Of a stretch of DNA of 32,162 nt, positions 1 through 8,179 are shown one piece after another; positions within the stretch are counted from its first letter, which is position 1; each line of letters starts with the position of its first letter. The DNA lies in assembly GCA_048940925.1 (NCBI GenBank), contig JBHLOC010000051.1, positions 1,395-33,556 on the forward strand, read 5' to 3'. The notes under the pieces were generated by a model, which was not told the DNA's origin, did not search any database, and was given only the letters and a program-made list of their open reading frames with translations. This stretch comes from Promethearchaeota archaeon (GTDB lineage Archaea > Asgardarchaeota > Lokiarchaeia > Sigyniarchaeales > SOKP01). The position numbers and the translations under genes were made by a program.

Positions 1-1845
1 CATACTATATATGTAGAAGTTGAAAATAATGATGGATTTTTAGGATCTAACTCTGATTCTATTGTTATTATCGATGATGATGATATAGATCCAGAAATAT
101 CTTATATATATACTGGTGATGGAACTGATGGAAATCCAGGAGAAATTATTATAACTGCTTTTGATGAATCAGGTCTTTCTGTAGATCCTACTGGAAGTTA
201 TCCTGTTCCTAATACTCTTGAAACTCACAATTTTCTATTTATTGCTACTGATAATGATAATGATAGAGCAAATGATGCATCGACAGCAAACATAACTGTT
301 TCAATTTCTATAATTGATGATGATGATACACCTCCAGAAATTAATTATGTATATACCGGTGACGGAACTGATGGAAATCCAGGAGAAATTATCATAACAG
401 CGTATGATGAATCAGGACTTTCTGTTGATCCTACTGGAAGTTATCCTGTCCCTAATATTCTTGGAGCTCATAATTTTGAATTTACTGCTATAGATAATGA
501 TACTGATAGACCAAATGATGCATTGACCAGTTCTCTACCTATTTCAATTACTATAAATGATGATGATGACACGCCTCCAGAAATTAATATACTATATTTT
601 GGAAGCGGTTTTGACAATGATCCTGGGTATTTCGAATGGTATGTTTTTGATCTAGATTCTGGGATAAGCGAAATAAACATTACCATAACTTATGAATCTA
701 CAGAAGGTTTAGACGATTATATCATCGCTCTCCTGGGAACTGAGATAGGATCATGGAATTTACCACCAAATTTAGGTGTTTACACAATTGAAATTTCTGC
801 GAGAGATAATGATGATGATCGAACATTAATTATGGATTCCCTAACAGCTGAATTAGCAGAAGAGCAAGAAATAATAGATGATGATATTATTCCCCCAGAA
901 TTATCAAATCTAATAATCATCCCAGATGTTTTTGAAATAAATGTTACTTTTAATGCGATTGATGAAAGTGGAATAGGTAACATATCAACTTATATTAATG
1001 GACAATTAATTGAACCTTTTATACAAGTTCAATATGGAAATACGTATTCTTTTGTTTTTGAGAATGAATGGCTTTTCGAAAGTGGTATATCTGAAGTCCT
1101 TATACAAGTAAAAGATGGAGATGATGATCGCCCAAATGATGCTCTAACTTCTTCTATCACTGGAACGTTCGAAAATGTTTTATTTCAAAAGTATGAATAT
1201 GTCATTTGGCAATTAGAAGAATTAAAGAATTATATCGGAGAGAATTTAAGTCCATGTCTTAACTATTCTCTTAATAAAAAATTAACAGCAGCACAGGATT
1301 TTTTATACGAAGCATTTAACTATATTGAGAATGGAAAAATTACAGGCGGTCTCTTTTATGATTGTCTCGCAATATTATTTATAGGGTTTGCTGAACATAA
1401 AACTAAAATTTTCAATAAAATTGGTTGGATAGATGATAATGATGCTGAATATATAATTGATACTAGCCATGAAATCAGGAATAATATTGTGCTTTTAAAG
1501 GGAATGTCTATTGGACTAGAACTCTCTTATAATATCGCACTTATAGAAGTTGAATTACTTAATCTAAAGGATTTTATTAATGATGTAATTCAATGCTGTA
1601 GTGGAAAATATCTTAGTAACATGATTTCATTCTCTGCTGGACTTCTAGAACTGGCATTATTTAAGATTTCAATGGGTCATAATATTGAATATATTTTAGA
1701 GTTTACCCATTGGAAATTAGAGAAAATCATATCTAAAATTAATTTTTTCTTAGAAAAAGGCAAAATTTCTGAAGATATTGCTAATTACCTGATTGAAAGA
1801 ATTTCCAACCTAATTGAAAATATCGAACAAATTGAGTCAAATTAA
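1..1845 (+). CDS. Large surface/secreted protein, 3' part, with tandem acidic beta-sandwich-like repeats and a helical C-terminal domain (5'-truncated by window edge)
   Basis: Frame +1 is open from base 1 (HTIYVEVENNDGFLGSNSDSIVIIDDDDIDPEISYIYTGDGTDGNPG...), so the 523 start in the track is an internal TTG. It has repeated DDDDxxPEI, DESG and DNDxDRPND motifs typical of Ca-binding extracellular Ig/cadherin-like repeats. Confidence 0.75.
   Translation, partial: HTIYVEVENNDGFLGSNSDSIVIIDDDDIDPEISYIYTGDGTDGNPGEIIITAFDESGLSVDPTGSYPVPNTLETHNFLFIATDNDNDRANDASTANITVSISIIDDDDTPPEINYVYTGDGTDGNPGEIIITAYDESGLSVDPTGSYPVPNILGAHNFEFTAIDNDTDRPNDALTSSLPISITINDDDDTPPEINILYFGSGFDNDPGYFEWYVFDLDSGISEINITITYESTEGLDDYIIALLGTEIGSWNLPPNLGVYTIEISARDNDDDRTLIMDSLTAELAEEQEIIDDDIIPPELSNLIIIPDVFEINVTFNAIDESGIGNISTYINGQLIEPFIQVQYGNTYSFVFENEWLFESGISEVLIQVKDGDDDRPNDALTSSITGTFENVLFQKYEYVIWQLEELKNYIGENLSPCLNYSLNKKLTAAQDFLYEAFNYIENGKITGGLFYDCLAILFIGFAEHKTKIFNKIGWIDDNDAEYIIDTSHEIRNNIVLLKGMSIGLELSYNIALIEVELLNLKDFINDVIQCCSGKYLSNMISFSAGLLELALFKISMGHNIEYILEFTHWKLEKIISKINFFLEKGKISEDIANYLIERISNLIENIEQIESN
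73..600 (+). repeat. Intragenic 243-bp (81-aa) tandem repeat: two full copies plus the start of a third
   Basis: GATGATGATGA(T/C) recurs at 73, 316 and 559, exactly 243 apart. Copies 1 and 2 share blocks such as GGAACTGATGGAAATCCAGGAGAAATTAT and GATCCTACTGGAAGTTATCCTGT. Confidence 0.9.
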
Positions 1846-1884
1846 ATAAGTAGAATATATCATTTCTATTTGAAAAATTAAGAT

Positions 1885-3681
1885 TTACTTACTTTTTTTC
1901 GGTTTTTTAATCTTAACTTTTTCTCCGATTTCTTCTTTAACATAAGGTTTTATGGGTTTTGACATATCAATGGGAGCACCACATACCCAACACGCGTTTT
2001 CTAAATCAGTTAATGCTCGAGCACAGTTCTCACAATATATAGCATTACATGTGCAGCTGAACATAAATCCTGATATTGCACCTTTACAGACTATGCAGAT
2101 TTTCCTTTCCTTATGTACTGTTATTTGATCTTCTGTAACTTGAATATTCAAAGAAACACGATTGTGGAGGAGATGTTCCATTTGTTTTTCCATTCCTGCT
2201 AAATTTATTCGTTCCGACAAAGAAATTTCTTTCTCACTTAAATCATCCCACAATCTTATTTGGTTACTTAATTTTTCGTGTTCCAGAGAAATTTTGGTTG
2301 CCAACTGATTATAACCCCATCTTTCTGCGATTCGCTGAGCTTGAGTTAAATTTTTTCTTGCTTCTTTAACATCTAAAGTCAACAAGGCCATTTTTCCTTT
2401 TAAAAAATAGGTTTCAGCTAAGTGGGGATATGAATTACATTTTTCAGCAAGATCCAATAGTTGAGCAACTAGAGAATCCAACTCTTCTAACACTTCTAAA
2501 CTATTAAGCATACGCGCCTCGGTTAGAAGTAATTCACATAAATTAAGTAGTACATTATAATTGAGTTCGTAATTACCAAATTTCTCATCAATGATTTGTT
2601 TTAAAATTATTTCAGCTTCTCCTCGACTGGGAGCCCTTAGACTTGTTTTTAATAACAAAGCTTTACAAAATTTATACCATAAATTGATGTTTTTATCTTT
2701 CGAGCAAATTTTCATTTGCTCCAAATCATACAAATATTGATTCGCCTTTTCAAGATCATGGTTTTTAATTAAATTTATAGTGATGTCTATCAAACTATTT
2801 GCAGTTTTCCAATTAATACCTAACTCACGGTTTAATCTTAAACTTTGTTCTAAAAACTCCAAAGAACGATCTATTTCTCCTCTTTCAGTATAAAAAAATC
2901 CAATATCGTGAAGAGCATTACTAATTCTTTCTTTATTCTCATACTCTTCATAGGTAGATAAACACTCTTTTAGAATCTTAAGCGATTTTTCCCAATCTCC
3001 TTTGTATTGATATAATAATCCTAAATTTAATAGGCACTGAGCAATTATAAACTTATTTTTACTATCTTTAGCAATATTTACTCCTTGTTTTACATATTCG
3101 AAAGCTTGTTCCATGTCTCCTTTAAAGCGTAGAATACACCAACCAAGAACTCTTAGAATTATGGCATTTAACCTTTTAAAATCTGTTTTTTCGACCAATT
3201 CTAAACTCTGTTTAAGATACTTCAGACACAATTTTCCCTCAGTTTTTCTCTCAAAAACTAATCCTTTTAAAAATATTATGAAAGCTTCTCGTTTCATAAT
3301 TTCTGTGGATAATTCACATGAAACACTTTTCAATAATTCTTCTCCTTGAGTAATTACATCAAGAGCTTTATTTATTTTATAAAGGTAAATAAAAGAACGA
3401 GCCATGAATATCAAACAATCAACTGAGTGAAGAATGTATCTATTTTCACTACACTCTTTATACGTTTGTTCTGCAAGTATAAGAATTTCTTTATAACGAC
3501 CTTGATGGAATAAGAGGTCACACTGGAGAAGGTGGCAAGACACTCTATCATGAAGTGTAAGTCCTTTCTTTCTCTCGTAATTTGTTAACAGTGCCTGAGC
3601 TTCATGTATTTTCGCATCATTAATGAGTTGTTCTGCTTGAATTAATTCTTCAGGTCTGTTTTTTATTTTACTTTCGCTCAT
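1885..3681 (-). CDS. TPR-repeat protein with C-terminal Cys8 RING-like zinc finger
   Basis: TPR-like helices (e.g. AQCLLNLGLLYQYKGDWEKSLKILKECL; SNALHDIGFFYTERGEIDRSLEFLEQSL) are followed by CIVC-x10-CTC-x4-CENC-x10-CWVC. Confidence 0.85.
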   Translation of the reverse strand: MSESKIKNRPEELIQAEQLINDAKIHEAQALLTNYERKKGLTLHDRVSCHLLQCDLLFHQGRYKEILILAEQTYKECSENRYILHSVDCLIFMARSFIYLYKINKALDVITQGEELLKSVSCELSTEIMKREAFIIFLKGLVFERKTEGKLCLKYLKQSLELVEKTDFKRLNAIILRVLGWCILRFKGDMEQAFEYVKQGVNIAKDSKNKFIIAQCLLNLGLLYQYKGDWEKSLKILKECLSTYEEYENKERISNALHDIGFFYTERGEIDRSLEFLEQSLRLNRELGINWKTANSLIDITINLIKNHDLEKANQYLYDLEQMKICSKDKNINLWYKFCKALLLKTSLRAPSRGEAEIILKQIIDEKFGNYELNYNVLLNLCELLLTEARMLNSLEVLEELDSLVAQLLDLAEKCNSYPHLAETYFLKGKMALLTLDVKEARKNLTQAQRIAERWGYNQLATKISLEHEKLSNQIRLWDDLSEKEISLSERINLAGMEKQMEHLLHNRVSLNIQVTEDQITVHKERKICIVCKGAISGFMFSCTCNAIYCENCARALTDLENACWVCGAPIDMSKPIKPYVKEEIGEKVKIKKPKKSK

Positions 3682-3870
3682 TTTAATAATTCTTTCTTAG
3701 AAAAAAAATGGTTAAAGAATCTTTAAATTACTTTAAGTAATTAACCTTAAAATTTTTTAATGTTAATATAAAATTAAAAAGAAGAACTAATCTTATTCTA
3801 ATAATCTTCCTAATTATATAAAAAAACTCTAAGATAAAATATGCTTATGATATAAAAATGGAGAAATCTT

Positions 3871-4158
3871 ATGAAAAAAATTACAATTTATGATTACAAA
3901 AATAGGGATAATGAAACACATAATCTTTTTGCAGAAGTAAAGGATAATGGTGATCTGGTTCTTTCTGGATATGATTGTGGCCAGTCAGTAAAAAATTTTT
4001 TTGGAGATTTTGATCATGAATATTGGTTAAAGGTGAACAGTGAGAATGTACCTTCAATATTATTATATTTAATAAAGGAGCGTTTTAAGGATGACACAGA
4101 ACTTAGAGAATGGCTTGATGAAAAGAATATTAAATTCGAGTTCTCTTCATTTACCTGA
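3871..4158 (+). CDS. Hypothetical protein (95 aa)
   Basis: ATG preceded by GGAGA; globular protein-like composition; no recognised motif. Confidence 0.7.
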   Translation: MKKITIYDYKNRDNETHNLFAEVKDNGDLVLSGYDCGQSVKNFFGDFDHEYWLKVNSENVPSILLYLIKERFKDDTELREWLDEKNIKFEFSSFT

Positions 4159-4260
4159 GATGCAAACTGTATATTTTAAATATGAAAATCTTACAAAGTG
4201 CTTTTCTAGAAGTATGGATTTAAAAAAGTATAAATAATATATAAAATAAGGTGTTATAAT

Positions 4261-4464
4261 ATGCCAGTTGTTCATGTAAATATGTGGAAAGGAATTTCTG
4301 AAGAGAGCATTAGACAAATCATAGCTGGAATAACTCAAGTTTTTGTTGATATGGGTATTCCAGCACAAGCAGTAGAGGTTCTTGTCCATGAAGTTCCAAA
4401 AGCTCATTGGGGTATAGAAGGTAAACCAGCTACAGAAGCTCGTCCAGATGCAAAACTTCCTTAG
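4261..4464 (+). CDS. 4-oxalocrotonate tautomerase family protein
   Basis: 67 aa with catalytic Pro after Met (MPVVHVNM), the beta-alpha-beta pattern ending in HEVPKAHWGIEG, and SD AAGGTG upstream. Confidence 0.9.
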   Translation: MPVVHVNMWKGISEESIRQIIAGITQVFVDMGIPAQAVEVLVHEVPKAHWGIEGKPATEARPDAKLP

Positions 4465-4560
4465 TAGATATAGAAAACAAAATTAATTAATAATATAAAG
4501 CAGATTTGCTTTTTCTTTATTGGAAAATTTCAAATAGTAGTATTACATAAGCGTATTTGG

Positions 4561-4578
4561 AAAAAAAAAGAAAAAAAG
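4561..4578 (-). terminator. Archaeal oligo(T) terminator candidate after cdhD
   Basis: The minus strand reads CTTTTTTTCTTTTTTTTT immediately after the cdhD stop. Confidence 0.5.
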
Positions 4579-4579
4579 T

Positions 4580-5773
4580 CTAACGCTTTAAATTAGCATT
4601 AACCCAATCTGTATATCCTTTTTCTTCTAAGACTTTCGGAACTTCCGCGAAAAATTCGGCTGTGATTTCTTTTACATGTTTAGCTGCTACAGGATGAAAC
4701 ATCATAGCGAGATCCAAACCTACAAGACTCAAGCAAAGAGCATTGATGATTTCCCATATAGGCCCTCTATATTGTCGTAAACCCCATTCAGGTGCTACTT
4801 TTTCACTCATCCATGCTTCTCGTGCACCCCACGCATTTGTTGTACCTCCACTTATAGGGTATGCTAAATCAGTTTCACCAAGAAGTCCGGCAACCCGCAT
4901 GCGCTGATAAATGCTAAAACTATACTCCATTCCATAACCAAGCGTAGCACATGTCGGATCCATTACTATTCTATTGCGAGGCAATCCCAATTCGAGTGCA
5001 TCTTTATTCATTTTAATTTGATTATTTAAATCTAAGCTTGTCCAAAGGAGGCAATTATGATCGTGTTTTACAGCTAAAGGAATAACTTCTTCCCATGTAG
5101 CTTTATCTGCTGCTGAGAGCATTAGGACTTCACTTTCTGAGATAGCGGCTAATTCTGTGAACATCTCAACATCTTTCTTTTTATTTCCTGAACAGCCGAT
5201 AATGACTGGCACATCAACTGCTTGAAGAATATCTTCGAAAAGTTTTCTAGATTTCGAAATCGGCCAATCTAATGTTCCTGGATCGATACCTAAACTATGA
5301 AATGTTACGCATTCTGCACCAAACTTATTAACAGCAAATTTTGCCCATTCAGGGGGATCAGCTAGAACCTCCTTATACTCTTCTTTTATGGGTTTTGGCA
5401 ACATCATTTTAGATCCCATGTCGAAGACATCATAAGTTACAAGTGGAGGATGAGGATTTCTTTTTTCAAGATTTAGAAAGTTATAAAATGGTGGAACCAC
5501 CTCTCCACCAATTACAATTCTTTTTCCATTTGATCTTACAAATTCAATTGTTTCAATTTTCCCAGGATATTCTAAATCGAGTGAAAATTTTGCGGGGGTC
5601 CATTCAGCTTTCCCAGGAACTCCCGGGAGGACTGCTTGAGCAGCAGAAGTAACAAGGCCTGGTAACATTTGGAATTCAAGGTATTCTGCAAATAAATCTA
5701 CATCTTGAAGTTCGATCTCTTCAGTATCTTTCATAAATTCTGCTAATTTTTTACTTAATTCATCGAAGGAAAT
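4580..5773 (-). CDS. cdhD: CO dehydrogenase/acetyl-CoA synthase complex delta subunit (corrinoid Fe-S protein small subunit); start is either ATT at 5773 or ATG at 5734
   Basis: Motifs IGGEVVPPFY, VTYDVFD, DPPEWAK, RIVMDPTCATLGYGMEYS, NAWGAREAW and MMFHP match CdhD/AcsD. The frame stays open upstream of the ATG. Confidence 0.92.
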   Translation of the reverse strand: MSFDELSKKLAEFMKDTEEIELQDVDLFAEYLEFQMLPGLVTSAAQAVLPGVPGKAEWTPAKFSLDLEYPGKIETIEFVRSNGKRIVIGGEVVPPFYNFLNLEKRNPHPPLVTYDVFDMGSKMMLPKPIKEEYKEVLADPPEWAKFAVNKFGAECVTFHSLGIDPGTLDWPISKSRKLFEDILQAVDVPVIIGCSGNKKKDVEMFTELAAISESEVLMLSAADKATWEEVIPLAVKHDHNCLLWTSLDLNNQIKMNKDALELGLPRNRIVMDPTCATLGYGMEYSFSIYQRMRVAGLLGETDLAYPISGGTTNAWGAREAWMSEKVAPEWGLRQYRGPIWEIINALCLSLVGLDLAMMFHPVAAKHVKEITAEFFAEVPKVLEEKGYTDWVNANLKR

Positions 5774-6048
5774 TTTTACATCACTTAGTATGTTTTATTT
5801 GTTAATGATAATGAAAAAAACATTATAAAAAATATAAAATTTGTTTATTGAAAACCTCAATGTTTTATAAGACATATATGTCGATATTCGTCATTTCAGA
5901 TTCTTAGAGGTTGTGGTAATTAAATATCGATAGATTTAAATAGAATATAATTAAAAAGAGTAGTGAAGTCTGATTAACTTTTGATAATAAATGCTCAATT
6001 TATATTAGAAATATGAATTTGATTAATCTTGCTAAAAACTGGTGAATT

Positions 6049-7776
6049 ATGAAAGGAAAAAAGATTTTTATTATAGTACTAATCTGTATAATTGTTGCTA
6101 GTGTACCAGTGATTTATTGGATAATAAATCTCGTAAGTGAGAGAGGTGGTAATGGTAATGGCGGTTATAATCACGCTCCTGTGATCAATAGTTATTATCC
6201 TTTAAAAGATCCCTTTATAGAGGAATCTGAAACTCAAAAATTCAATATTAGCGCGACTGATCCTGACGGTGATCCTCTTACTTATGGGTGGTTTCTAAAC
6301 GGAGCCGAAGTAGGAGGGAATAATTCCAACTATATATTCGATGCAAACTCTAATCCTTACGGTACTTATACTGTAAAAGTCAATGTAACTGATGGAGACA
6401 AAGTAGCTGATCGATCTTGGACTTTATCAGTCCAATATATTTGGAGCGCTGAAGATTGTCCCGGAGCTCCAACTGATATCACCTTGGGCCAGATAATTAA
6501 GTTAGGGATAATAGCTGATACAGAACGATTCCAAGGTGAGGGATCGTGGAATGGTTCATATATGGCAGTAGAGGAAATAAATAAAGCTGGTGGTGTTCAC
6601 GTTGATGGTGAAACATATTATTTTGGAATAACAAGTGAGAATACGGATGAAGCTAATCCGATATTAAATACTGTAAATGCAGTTGCTGCCGCAAATAAAC
6701 TTATTAATTATAAAAGAGTTCAATATGCAGTGGGAGGATTCAGAACTGAATGTGTTATAGCATACCAGCCATTATTTTGTGAAAAAAAAATTGTATTCAT
6801 TAATACTGGAGTCGCAGCTGATTCTTTAGCACAGAAGGTACTTGATGACTATAACTCCTTTAAATACTTTTTCCATCCTAGTCCACAAAACACATCTACC
6901 TTAGTAACGGAATTAATACAACTATTAATATTTACATCATTGCAACTATCACAACCTAAGGCAGCTGGTGGTTTAGGACATAATATTTCTCGATTCAGTT
7001 TTATGATAGAAGATTTACCCTGGACTGCGCTGTTTGCGAGCGCTATCACAGAAGCTTTAGAATCTAATGAATATTGGAACATGACTTATACAGGGGTAAG
7101 TATTGCTGTACCCGTAAATGCAACATTCATACAATTAGAAGGATATTGGGATGATATTGAAGATGCCAATACCCAAATAGTAATTCCGATATTTTCTGGT
7201 GCAACAGGACAAAAATTTTCGATATCATATGGTGCTAATCAGCCACATTGTCTGCCTTATGGGATTAATGTTATATCACAATCTTCTAGCCACTGGGATG
7301 ATACTGCAGGAGCCTGTAATTATTCAATTACTATGGAGTCTGTATATGATACCAACAAAACCAGCAAAACTAGAAAGTTTCTTTACGACTATAATGACAA
7401 ATATAGCACCGATCCTATTTATACAGCTACAGGTAGTTATGATGCTGTGTATTCATTAGCATGGGCAATTGAAGACGCTGATTCATTTGATCCTGACGAC
7501 ATTGTTACAGCATTAGAATCTATACAAAAATCCGCACCCCTAATGGGTGCTGGTGGAGGTACTGCTTATACTCCAAGTCATTGTAATTATTATGAATGGC
7601 CAATAGGCATAGGTTTAGCTATTCAATGGGTTAATGGCTCAAAACATTTAATTCCGGGAATCTCAGTTTATCCAAGCGATCCATGGTCTACTTATTTTGG
7701 TATTCCTCCTTTTGGAACTTTATTAAACATGACTAGCATAGCTATACCATACTGGGGTTTATACTACTTCGATTAA
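6049..7776 (+). CDS. Membrane-anchored branched-chain amino acid-type ABC substrate-binding protein with N-terminal cadherin/Ig-like domain
   Basis: N-terminal basic plus hydrophobic anchor, then an NHAPVI...ATDPDGDPLTYGW...VNVTDG domain, then the LivJ-type fold (IKLGII, AVEEINKAGGV, VGGFRTE, YDAVYSLAWAIE). SD is GGTGA. Confidence 0.85.
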   Translation: MKGKKIFIIVLICIIVASVPVIYWIINLVSERGGNGNGGYNHAPVINSYYPLKDPFIEESETQKFNISATDPDGDPLTYGWFLNGAEVGGNNSNYIFDANSNPYGTYTVKVNVTDGDKVADRSWTLSVQYIWSAEDCPGAPTDITLGQIIKLGIIADTERFQGEGSWNGSYMAVEEINKAGGVHVDGETYYFGITSENTDEANPILNTVNAVAAANKLINYKRVQYAVGGFRTECVIAYQPLFCEKKIVFINTGVAADSLAQKVLDDYNSFKYFFHPSPQNTSTLVTELIQLLIFTSLQLSQPKAAGGLGHNISRFSFMIEDLPWTALFASAITEALESNEYWNMTYTGVSIAVPVNATFIQLEGYWDDIEDANTQIVIPIFSGATGQKFSISYGANQPHCLPYGINVISQSSSHWDDTAGACNYSITMESVYDTNKTSKTRKFLYDYNDKYSTDPIYTATGSYDAVYSLAWAIEDADSFDPDDIVTALESIQKSAPLMGAGGGTAYTPSHCNYYEWPIGIGLAIQWVNGSKHLIPGISVYPSDPWSTYFGIPPFGTLLNMTSIAIPYWGLYYFD

Positions 7777-8179
7777 GAATATTAGACATAATTTTATATT
7801 TATATTAATTTTTTTTTCTTTGTTAGTAGCACTAATATTTAACACAAATCAACAGTATTTATTTACCTAATTTTTTTTAATTTTATATTGATTCATTTTA
7901 ATAATATAACAATTTGTCATAAGAATTAGATCATATAATTATTATCATTAAGAACAAGGTTAAATGAGTAAAGGAAAAAAGCAACAAAGTTAAATGTTTA
8001 AAAGGATTATTCTCACGTCTGTTATTAATTCAGAAAAAGTTATTTGCGTTGAGATGTAAACCCATTCTATTTAGAATAAATATATTATTTCAATTATGCA
8101 TTTACTTTTTCCATATTATAAAAATTACTCCTATAATAAAGTTATTTATTTGAAACTGTTACTAATGTTCAATTTAATG

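Noticed and set aside
73-600. 243-bp repeats as a CRISPR array or DGR template/variable pair
   Set aside because: They are in-frame coding repeats without spacers, their differences are not confined to adenines, and no cas or reverse transcriptase gene is present.
3711-3746. AT-only palindromes (TTAAAGAATCTTTAA, AATTACTTTAAGTAATT) upstream of the TPR gene
   Set aside because: Such palindromes are expected by chance in very AT-rich intergenic DNA, and no second instance supports a motif.
4156-4179. TGA of the 95-aa ORF as selenocysteine
   Set aside because: An in-frame TAA follows after six more codons, and there is no redox motif or SECIS-like element.
7777-8179. 400-bp gap between the convergent SBP and acyl-CoA ligase genes as a hidden gene or ncRNA
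   Set aside because: Only short ORFs without motifs and T-rich terminator-like tracts were found, with no convincing structure.
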